A stretch of DNA of 64,000 bases from Verrucomicrobiales bacterium (lineage in GTDB: Bacteria > Verrucomicrobiota > Verrucomicrobiia > Limisphaerales > UBA9464): contig JAIXUV010000208.1 of NCBI GenBank assembly GCA_027483345.1, positions 1,612 through 65,611 of the forward strand, given 5' to 3'. Both the position numbers and the translations under genes were made by a program. The notes beneath the pieces were generated by a model, which saw only the letters and a list, made by a program, of their open reading frames with translations, had not been told where the DNA came from and ran no database searches. This document shows, piece after piece, positions 1 to 8,350 of this stretch. Position 1 is the first letter of the stretch. Every line of letters starts with the position of its first letter.

Positions 1-140
1 TGTCGAGCGAGTTGAAGGATTGTAAATTGCGATGAGATTTGCTGCAAGGTGATTGTTGTGAAAAGCGCAGAGCCTATATTTTAAAGAGTTTAGGACTGCG
101 CTTTAAAGCGTGAATAGCTTCTATATTGGGCGAAATCTTA

Positions 141-179
141 AAAAGTTAAACCTCTCTCCCGCGATTGGTGAAAGAGAGG
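141..179 (-). terminator. putative rho-independent terminator after the 207..1319 ORF
   Basis: Inverted repeat cctctct (151-157) / agagagg (173-179) with a 15-nt loop. On the minus strand it is followed by a T-rich run (complement of aaaaagttaaa, 141-150), about 28 nt past the ORF stop. Confidence 0.4.
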
Positions 180-206
180 ATGGGTTGCGGAAAGGCCTGG
201 CTCGGC

Positions 207-1319
207 TTATCTTTGGTATGCCTTATAAAGGACCCTCAAAGTATGGGCGAATATCGATTGACCATCAACATCTCCGGCTCGGCCGGAAATTTTGATCGTG
301 TCTCCTCTATTTACTTTGTAGCGAAACGACACCGAGGTGGCTGTGGCGCGTTCGTATCTCAATCCGTCAACGTAAGTGTCTCCGTCGTTTGGATCTCGAA
401 TGGTAATCGAACCACTGCTCCAAACAACTACTCCGTTTACTAGTAGATTTCCTGTAATGAATCGCGGTTCCCGAACCGCTTTGCGCGCCACAACTCCATA
501 AGTTATTGCGATTTCTTGATCTAATTCGACAATTAGAGGTTCCATATCGTTGTAATAGTAGGTGGCTGGACCGTCTTGTGGTCTTCTTGCGCCTGAATCG
601 TAAGGAGCGTCAGCTGGAAACTGTTTTGTGACAATTCTCATCTCTGGCCCCAATGCCTCGCCGCGAACTAGATATGAAAAATCGGGAGCGTTGTCCGAGG
701 TGATTAGAATGTAAACGTCCCTGTGAATTGAGCCTCTTCGATAAGTTCTCCTAATTACGTGTCCAGTATTTGATATTAAGGTTGGTGTGGAGCCATCAAG
801 TGGCTGCAATACTATGGGGGGGGCATCTTGAGACTCGGCGAGTTGAATGACCTTCCATGAATGAAAACTATTCGTTCTTGCCTGCGGGCCTGGAGATTTG
901 AATGTTGCTTCTACTTTGATAAATGCGCCGTCAGGCTCAACTTTGATGCTTAATCCGTTTAAATCGCTACTTCCTTCAAATTTCAACTTAATGCATCCCA
1001 GCCATCCGTCGATAACATCTTTATTTGCAATTCGCTGAAATGTAGTTATGAAATGTTCCGAGGTGAATTGTCTTGAATCAAGTGTTTCGACTGCTCTTTT
1101 CCATTGATTGAATCTTTCGGTGTTGTCACTTGCTCCAAAAGATACAGGGAATCCGTCTATTGGGAGGCTTAAATTAACTCCGCTTTTTGCAAGGTTTCGC
1201 GCTTGATTCTCATCTAGGCTTTTAAATTTCTTTAACAGTTGCTCGGATACAGACGTGTTGCTATCAAAGTGAAATTCGTCAAAAATCCCGCCTTTTAGTA
1301 GATCTGAACAGTTTTCCAT
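207..1319 (-). CDS. hypothetical protein (370 aa), AT-rich, no recognisable domain
   Basis: Long uninterrupted ORF in an AT-rich segment with ordinary, non-low-complexity amino-acid composition. No motif I can assign. Contains a C8 tract on the coding strand (G8 at 816-823). Confidence 0.6.
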   Translation of the reverse strand: MENCSDLLKGGIFDEFHFDSNTSVSEQLLKKFKSLDENQARNLAKSGVNLSLPIDGFPVSFGASDNTERFNQWKRAVETLDSRQFTSEHFITTFQRIANKDVIDGWLGCIKLKFEGSSDLNGLSIKVEPDGAFIKVEATFKSPGPQARTNSFHSWKVIQLAESQDAPPIVLQPLDGSTPTLISNTGHVIRRTYRRGSIHRDVYILITSDNAPDFSYLVRGEALGPEMRIVTKQFPADAPYDSGARRPQDGPATYYYNDMEPLIVELDQEIAITYGVVARKAVREPRFITGNLLVNGVVVWSSGSITIRDPNDGDTYVDGLRYERATATSVSFRYKVNRGDTIKISGRAGDVDGQSIFAHTLRVLYKAYQR

Positions 1320-1435
1320 ATTGAGTAATTATGATCGTTTCGGCTGCAACGTCTCCTCGCATTAGAATCAAATATCGTCCGTGCGATTCCGGACGAGCGT
1401 AGGAGTCGTGTTTTTTCTGTCAACGATGCAGTTGC

Positions 1436-1558
1436 TTACGCCCGATTATGCAGTCGACCAAACCTTCCGATCAACCGCGCCGCCGCCGGCTTACCAGCCA
1501 AAGCGCCCAACAGCTCCTCATTCGTCGACACTTCCAACGACCGCACAAACAGACTCAT
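1436..1558 (-). pseudogene. possible RadC-like N-terminal fragment (40 aa)
   Basis: Minus-strand translation is MSLFVRSLEVSTNEELLGALAGKPAAARLIGRFGRLHNRA*. It resembles the helix-hairpin-helix N-terminus of RadC/JAB proteins (..ELLAILLg....A..LL.rFGsL..). It stops where the GC-rich block meets the AT-rich block, and no JAB domain follows. Confidence 0.3.
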
Positions 1559-1979
1559 CGGCACTACCTCCCGAATCACGGGAGATTACCACATTCCGAG
1601 GCGTTCTGGAAGGCTTGGCGGGAGCGGACCTGAAGCTGTCCGCTTTCCGCCCTGCCCAGTCCGAATCGCCCCAGGTCCGGCAACATTTCACGGACTCCCA
1701 CTGGACGGGTTTCCCGTGCCCGGAATAGGTTCACTCATTGCCGTGAAGTTCTTGTTCCGGAATCTGTTGGCCTCGCCGGTAGGTGAGCGTTCCCACCAAG
1801 GCCAAGCCCTCCTCTTCAATGCCCCAAGACTCGTCCGCCACGATCGGCTTCGAGGCCAAGGACTGGCTCATCGCTGACATTGCAACGCGCGTGAGCGCGG
1901 GCCCTGGCTGCGCAGCCACTCGACTGGACATGTGCGGAGCGCCAGTCCTACGGAGCCACTTCACGACCCCTCTTTGACT

Positions 1980-2840
1980 ATGGCCCGAATACCCCAAGGA
2001 AATGCCGGCACGGCGAACATCGGCTTTGAACAGAAGCTGTGGTTGGCGGCGGATAAACTGAGTTCGAACATGGACGCGGCGGAGTACAAGCACGTCGTCC
2101 TTGGCCTGATATTCCTCAAGTACATCTCCGACACCTTCCAGGAACACCGCGCCAAGCTCCTCGCCGGACAAGGAGAGTACGCCGGCGCCAAAGCCGAGGA
2201 CCCGGACGAGTACAAGGCAGAGAACATCTTCTGGGTGCCTTCCGAGGCCCGGTGGGCTCACCTCCAGGCGACCGCCCATCTCCCGGCCATCGGTCGGATC
2301 GTGGACGACGCCATGATCGCCATCGAGCGCGACAACCCAAGGCTCAAGGGAGTGCTTCCAAGAGACTACGCTCGCCCGGCACTCGACAAGCACCGCCTCG
2401 GCGAGCTGATCGACCTCATTGCCACCATCAGCCTCACCGTCGCCAGCGAGGGTGAGAAGACCCATCGTTCCGTCGATCTACTGGGCCGTGTGTACGAGTA
2501 CTTCCTCACCCGCTTCGCCAGCGCCGAGGGCAAGAACGGTGGCCAGTTCTACACGCCGTCTTGCGTCGTGCGCTGCCTCGTCGAGATGCTCGCACCTTAC
2601 AAGGGCCGCATCTACGACTCCGCTTGCGGCTCCGGCGGCATGTTCGTTCAGTCGGAGAAGTTCGTGGAATCCCACGGCGGCAAGATCGGCGACATAAGCA
2701 TCTACGGTCAGGAGAGCAACCCCACCACCCGACGGCTGGCGATCTTGAACCTCGCCATCCGGGGCATCGAGGCGGACTTCGGACCGGAACAGGCGGACAC
2801 CTTCCGCTACGACCTCCCTCAGTTGCGGGCAATCTATTGA
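1980..2840 (+). pseudogene. hsdM: truncated type I R-M methyltransferase subunit (HsdM N-terminal two-thirds, lacks NPPF)
   Basis: Has the HsdM N-domain ([36 protein letters not shown]), [11 protein letters not shown] and AdoMet motif [11 protein letters not shown]. The frame ends ...[15 protein letters not shown] before the NPPF catalytic motif. Composition turns AT-rich at about 2822-2845. Confidence 0.85.
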
Positions 2841-2929
2841 ATGGCTTGCCGTTGATTTAAGCCTGATATCCAATCTGGCTTGGCTATTCGTAGCAAAGTC
2901 TAGCTATTTAAAACAAAGTGATAAAAAAT

Positions 2930-5900
2930 ATGCCTAGCAATGATCAGAACAAATTCTTTCAGCAGGCCGAAGGATGGATTAATGAATCTCTGCCCGATGG
3001 ATTGGCGTTATCTAAGACGCTCCTAGACCAAGCGACTATAATCGGACAACTAACATGGTCCCCAGACGGGCGAGTTCTTGCCGCTTCGGGAAACGAAGGT
3101 TTGATTTGCTGGGAGGTTCGTTCTTGGAGGTGCCTCCCTCCGTTTGAAGGTCAAATGCGCCAATTCAATTCTATCGCTTTTGATCCGACAGGAGAAGTAA
3201 TCGCCTGTGGCAATGGTAATTATTCAGTAAACCTGTGGGAAGTGGCGAGTCAGAGGTTGCTAGTTTCTCTGAGTGGCCACAACAATAAAGTTGGTAGCGT
3301 ATCTTGGTCCCCGAATGGTGATCATTTTGCCTCGGCAATGATCGATGGGACCATTAGTATCTGGGACACAAAAACTTGGAATTCCCGAAGAATCGGTCCT
3401 TGGAAAGGTTTGAAACCTCAAAAAAAGCGAAAGGGTGTGATTTGCAGTGTTGCTTGGTCTTGGAACTCAAAACAAATTTCAGGAGCTTCGTACGACCTAG
3501 CAATTTGGGATCCAAACACAGGGAGTCGAATTTTTTTGGTACAAACTGATCATATTCTCTTGGACGTTGCATGGTCGCCAAGAATTCAAACGCATTTGCT
3601 GGCGGCAGGCTACTCGAACAATAGTGTTCAAATCTGGAACGCGAACACCAGAACCAAGTTTAGAGATCTTGAAGGTCATACATCTTCAGTGCAGTATGTA
3701 GCCTTTTCCTCCGACGGAACACTGCTTGCCTCCAGTTGTAGTAATAGTATAAGATTGTGGCGCTGTTCCGATTGGCAAGAAGTTGCTGTGATTAGAAATC
3801 GCCCCTTGGGACTATTTGGTCCTATTGAGTTTCATCCTACTTTGCCTCTCCTTGCTGCAGCTCAATCCAACATCGCGAAGGGCAACTCCCAAAGTGCTAT
3901 CCATATTCTGAAACTGGACCTGGCTCAGCTGCTTGGGCAGCCGCACAAAAGTGCGCACACTTACACTAGTGCAAAGATTGTATTGGTTGGTGAAACTAAT
4001 GTAGGAAAGTCGTATCTGGCACATCGTATGGCGACCGGAGAGCCACCGAAAGAGGGGGCTATCAATAGTACGCATGGCATGAAGTTTTGGCCGTTGGAAC
4101 CCGAACGGCTCAGCCCTAGGGCGAAGGCTCCCGTAGGAGAACGTCGCGATGTGGTGCTGTGGGACATGGGCGGGCAAGATGAATATCGGCTGATCCACCA
4201 ATTGTTCCTGCACGACACGACACTTGCGCTCGTGCTTTTTGATCCTACCCGAGGAGCTCCGGCTTTCAAAGAAGTAGAGACATGGAATAAGGCTCTAGAA
4301 AACCAACTCAGAGGCCGAACTGCGGTAAAGCTGCTTGTTGGTTCCAAACTTGATAAGCTATCAACGACCATTGACCGGCAAGCAGTGCAGCATCTGGTCA
4401 AAGTTTGCGGCTTTAGAGATTACTACGAAACGAGTTCACTCACTGGCCGCGGAGTCGTAGAACTGAGTGAAGCAGCTGCCGAAGCAATTGATTGGGATGG
4501 TCTGGGCAAGACTACTCGTCCGGAGCTGTTTCAAGCTATTCGGGATGAGATTGCGCGCCAGAGAAGTAATGGTGTAGTCGTGGTGCTCTTCGATGATCTT
4601 GATCGAGAACTACAGACCAACGAGGAATCTAGAACCTTCTCCTTGATGAAGCACGTCGTGGCTATGTCGTCCAATCCTGAAGCAGGAACCGAGGCCTTGA
4701 ATGCAGTCTGCAGCCAGCTTGCAAGCCAAGGGATCATCGCCCGTGCCAAAACCAGCAGTGGCAAGAGTGCGCTGATCCTCCGGGTCGAAGAAGTAGAACG
4801 CTACGCCGGCTCGCTCATCATTGCAGCCAAGAACAATCCACGTGGCGTTCCTGGATTGGAGCTTCGAAGTATCGCCCATGAGAACTTTTCTCTTCCAGGA
4901 ATATCGGACCAAGATCGTTTGCCACGCGCGCAAGAAAAACCGGTGCTCGAATGCACCGTGCAACTTCTGCTGGAACACGGCATCTGTTTCAAGCACGAAG
5001 GTTTGCTCATCTTCCCGTCACTCTTCGCGCACGCGTCTGAAGAAGCTGATGGCAAACTGCAGCATTCTGTTTCACTCTACTACGATTTCGCGGGTGCTAT
5101 TGATAACATCTATGCCTCTATGGTTGCATGGCTCGTGTTGTCCAAGGAGTTCGGCAAGGTGCGGCTCTGGTTGGACCGGGCGGAGTTTGAAGTTAAGGGC
5201 GGCGGCCTGTGCGGTCTGCGCAAAGTGGGTCGACTCGGTGGTTTTGCTCATGTGGATGTCTATTTCGAGAAAGCGACAGGCGATCGGCAGCGCATGGAGT
5301 TCATCAGTTTTGTAGAAGACCATCTGGCGCGGAATGGAGTGGAGATTCGCGAACATGTGGCAATTAAGTGCTCCTGTAATAACGAGTTCTCGGAGGACAC
5401 CCTGCGCCAACGTATCGCTCGTGGTGAAAAGAACGTGGTGTGCCCCGTGTGCGAAACCCGGCACAACTTGAGCGAAGGTGCGACTGCGTCTCGCGAACGT
5501 GATATGTCGATCAACCAACATACTTGGGCGCTGCGAACGCGAATCGAAGAGCTCCGACAAATTCTCACGGAGAGTGTGGTTCAAGTGCTAGGTAAAGCTA
5601 AAGCAGCGAATCCAGCCACCGATCCGATTCGAATTCTGCATCTCAGCGATCTCCATTTCACCGCGGCGACGCCAGTAAAGGCGAGGCTGCGTTGGCTGAT
5701 TGATGACATCAAACAGCATGGCGGTTTGGGATTCAATGAGTTGGACTATTTGGTGATCTCTGGCGACTTCACTGACAAGGGAAGTCTTGATGGATTTGAG
5801 AAGGCGTATGAGTTCGTGTCCAGATTGACAGAGGAGTTCGGTTTATCTGCCGAGCGTTGCATTTTTGTACCGGGAAATCACGACGTGAGCGACTTAGAAG

Positions 5901-6652
5901 AGGCATACGATTGGAAGAGAAAGCCGGATGGCCTTGAGGACGGCGAGTGGGTAAAGCAGGGCGAGATTTATCTTGTCAGGAATGCGGCGAAGTATCCGTT
6001 GCGCCTGAAGGCATTTTCGGACGACTTCTTTCACAAGTTTGTCCAGCGGCCCTACCCGTTAGATTTTGCGGCTCAGGGATTTACCGTGCCATTTTGGGAG
6101 ACTGGCCTGCAGTTCCTGATGCTCAACTCTTGCTGGCAGATAGACGGCTTTCACCGGAAGCGGTCAGGCGTGCATGTTGAAGCTGTCGCCAACGCAATCA
6201 AAGAGGCTCAGATACAGGAGAAAGCAGCGCGCGCTGCGGGCCAATTGTCAAGTGGCAAGCCGCTATTACGGATCGCGGTATGGCATCACGCCATCGCTGG
6301 ACCTGAGCAAATGACCAACACTAATTTTCTCGCCAATTTACAAAAGGCAGGCGTGCGATTAGGAATGCATGGCGATATTCATGAGTTACGTCGGGATGTA
6401 GTTGGACACTGGCATGAGCATGGAAAACAGCTCCATATCCTAGGTGCTGGGAGTTTCGGCTCGCCGCCAGAAAATCGGCCCGAGTCGGTGCCACGACTCT
6501 ACAACGTCATTGAGATCGATCGCGATTTGACTTCAATGAAGGTGCACACAAGGCAGCAGCCCAAGGTCGATGGCGCTTGGACTGGGTGGCACGAGTGGCC
6601 AAATCCCAAAGATCCTAGTAGCAAACTCTCGTACTACCGCGTTGACTTCTAA
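2930..6652 (+). CDS. WD40 - Roc-type small GTPase - COR-like - zinc ribbon - calcineurin-like metallophosphoesterase multidomain protein (ROCO-like)
   Basis: WD repeats (GHNNKVGSVSWSPNGDHFASAMIDGTISIWD; EGHTSSVQYVAFSSDGTLLASSCSNSIRLWR). GTPase motifs: G1 GETNVGKS (3989-4012), G3 DMGGQD (4163-4180), G4 SKLD (4343-4354), G5 ETSS. COR-like stretch (HGICFKHEGLLIFPSLF). CxC-x21-CxxC zinc ribbon (5369-5452). MPE motifs LSDLHF, SGDFTDKG, PGNHD, WHH, HGDIHE. The ORF opens at GTG 2918; ATG 2930 is the preferred start. Confidence 0.85.
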   Translation: MPSNDQNKFFQQAEGWINESLPDGLALSKTLLDQATIIGQLTWSPDGRVLAASGNEGLICWEVRSWRCLPPFEGQMRQFNSIAFDPTGEVIACGNGNYSVNLWEVASQRLLVSLSGHNNKVGSVSWSPNGDHFASAMIDGTISIWDTKTWNSRRIGPWKGLKPQKKRKGVICSVAWSWNSKQISGASYDLAIWDPNTGSRIFLVQTDHILLDVAWSPRIQTHLLAAGYSNNSVQIWNANTRTKFRDLEGHTSSVQYVAFSSDGTLLASSCSNSIRLWRCSDWQEVAVIRNRPLGLFGPIEFHPTLPLLAAAQSNIAKGNSQSAIHILKLDLAQLLGQPHKSAHTYTSAKIVLVGETNVGKSYLAHRMATGEPPKEGAINSTHGMKFWPLEPERLSPRAKAPVGERRDVVLWDMGGQDEYRLIHQLFLHDTTLALVLFDPTRGAPAFKEVETWNKALENQLRGRTAVKLLVGSKLDKLSTTIDRQAVQHLVKVCGFRDYYETSSLTGRGVVELSEAAAEAIDWDGLGKTTRPELFQAIRDEIARQRSNGVVVVLFDDLDRELQTNEESRTFSLMKHVVAMSSNPEAGTEALNAVCSQLASQGIIARAKTSSGKSALILRVEEVERYAGSLIIAAKNNPRGVPGLELRSIAHENFSLPGISDQDRLPRAQEKPVLECTVQLLLEHGICFKHEGLLIFPSLFAHASEEADGKLQHSVSLYYDFAGAIDNIYASMVAWLVLSKEFGKVRLWLDRAEFEVKGGGLCGLRKVGRLGGFAHVDVYFEKATGDRQRMEFISFVEDHLARNGVEIREHVAIKCSCNNEFSEDTLRQRIARGEKNVVCPVCETRHNLSEGATASRERDMSINQHTWALRTRIEELRQILTESVVQVLGKAKAANPATDPIRILHLSDLHFTAATPVKARLRWLIDDIKQHGGLGFNELDYLVISGDFTDKGSLDGFEKAYEFVSRLTEEFGLSAERCIFVPGNHDVSDLEEAYDWKRKPDGLEDGEWVKQGEIYLVRNAAKYPLRLKAFSDDFFHKFVQRPYPLDFAAQGFTVPFWETGLQFLMLNSCWQIDGFHRKRSGVHVEAVANAIKEAQIQEKAARAAGQLSSGKPLLRIAVWHHAIAGPEQMTNTNFLANLQKAGVRLGMHGDIHELRRDVVGHWHEHGKQLHILGAGSFGSPPENRPESVPRLYNVIEIDRDLTSMKVHTRQQPKVDGAWTGWHEWPNPKDPSSKLSYYRVDF

Positions 6653-6808
6653 TTGTGCCAGCGGAGTAGCCGTGAACATTGTAGATTCTGTGCAGACGGA
6701 AGCATGAATGATTGGCTGCTCGCGGCAGAGGAGATGCTCCGAGTAACCGGGAATCCAACCGTTCACCTGGCATCGAATTTCCGATAGTCTCTTCCAGTCC
6801 TCTCACCC

Positions 6809-8350
6809 ATGCTCAACGGCGAAATTCGCAGTAAAGTTGATGCCCTTTGGAATGCCTTCTGGTCCGGGGGCATAGCCAATCCGCTCGAGGTCATCGAGCA
6901 GATCACGTATCTGCTCTTCTTGAAGCGCTTGGATGATCTCCACACCCTAGAGGAGAACAAGGCGGCGCGCCTGAAACTTCCCCAGCTCGAACGCCGCGTT
7001 TTTCCCGAGGGCAGGGATCCCCGGGGTAGGGACTATTACGATTTCCGGTGGTCCCGCTTCAAACACCTTGAAGCCAAGGAGATGTTCGATGTGGTGAACG
7101 ACCATGTGTTCCCCTTCCTTCGCACGCTCGGTGGTGACAGCTCCACCTACGCGCACCACATGAAGGACGCACGCTTCACCATCCCGACGCCGGCACTGCT
7201 GGCCAAAGTGGTGGATATGATCGACGGCGTGCCCATGGAGGACCGCGATACCAAGGGCGACCTCTACGAGTACATGCTGGGGAAGATCGCCAGCGCCGGG
7301 CAAAACGGGCAGTTCCGCACTCCCCGGCACATCATCCAGCTCATGGTCGAGCTGACCGCGCCGTCCCCGCGGGACGTTATCTGTGATCCCGCCTGTGGCA
7401 CTGCCGGCTTCCTTGTGGCGGCTGGGGAGTACCTGCGCCAGCACCACCCTGGGATTCTCCGCGGCCCCGAACTCAAGGAACACTTCCACCACCACCTGTT
7501 CCATGGATTCGACTTCGACAACACCATGCTCCGCATCGGCAGCATGAATCTGCTGCTGCACGGCGTGGATAATCCCAATATCCGCTACCGCGATTCGCTG
7601 GGACAGGATCACTCGGGAGAGGAGGAGAAGTACACGCTGATCCTAGCCAATCCGCCTTTCGCCGGATCGCTCGACTACGAGAACTGCGCCAAGGACCTCC
7701 AGCAGATCGTGAAGTCGAAGAAGACCGAACTGCTCTTCCTCGCTCTCTTCCTGCGCCTGCTCAAGTCCGGCGGACGCGCCGCTGTCATCGTGCCCGACGG
7801 CGTGCTCTTCGGCTCGTCCAACGCGCACAAGACCCTGCGCCAGATCCTTGTCGAGGAACAGAAGCTGGACGCCGTCATCTCCCTGCCCGGCGGCGTTTTT
7901 AAGCCCTACGCCGGCGTCTCCACCGCCATTCTCCTCTTCACCAAGACCAACTCCGGTGGCACGGACCACGTCTGGTTCTACGATGTGGACGCCGACGGCA
8001 TGTCGCTCGACGACAAACGCACCGAACTACTCCCGCCGGAGAAGCTCGGCCCAGTGCCCAGGACTGCGCTCTCGGCCGACGACCACGCGAAGAACAATCT
8101 GCCCGACATCCTCGCCCGCTGGACGCAGCGCGACCGGGCCGAGCGCCAAAATCCGCGCACCGCACAGAGCTTCTGTGTGCCCAAGGCCGACTTGGCCGCG
8201 CAGGGCTACGACCTCTCGCTCAACCGCTACAAGGAAGTCTTCCACGCCGAAGTCGCGCACCGCCCGCCCGCTGAAATCCTGAAAGCCCTCGGCCAACTGG
8301 AGGCGGTGATTCAGCAGGGCATGAAGGAACTGGAGGAGATGCTGAAGTGA
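6809..8350 (+). CDS. hsdM: type I restriction-modification system methyltransferase subunit M
   Basis: HsdM_N-like start (KVDALWNAFWSGGIANPLEVIEQITYLLFLKRLDD), GQFRTPRHI, motif I DPACGTAGFL and motif IV LANPPFAGS. Its stop overlaps the hsdS start (GTGA at 8347-8350). Confidence 0.95.
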   Translation: MLNGEIRSKVDALWNAFWSGGIANPLEVIEQITYLLFLKRLDDLHTLEENKAARLKLPQLERRVFPEGRDPRGRDYYDFRWSRFKHLEAKEMFDVVNDHVFPFLRTLGGDSSTYAHHMKDARFTIPTPALLAKVVDMIDGVPMEDRDTKGDLYEYMLGKIASAGQNGQFRTPRHIIQLMVELTAPSPRDVICDPACGTAGFLVAAGEYLRQHHPGILRGPELKEHFHHHLFHGFDFDNTMLRIGSMNLLLHGVDNPNIRYRDSLGQDHSGEEEKYTLILANPPFAGSLDYENCAKDLQQIVKSKKTELLFLALFLRLLKSGGRAAVIVPDGVLFGSSNAHKTLRQILVEEQKLDAVISLPGGVFKPYAGVSTAILLFTKTNSGGTDHVWFYDVDADGMSLDDKRTELLPPEKLGPVPRTALSADDHAKNNLPDILARWTQRDRAERQNPRTAQSFCVPKADLAAQGYDLSLNRYKEVFHAEVAHRPPAEILKALGQLEAVIQQGMKELEEMLK

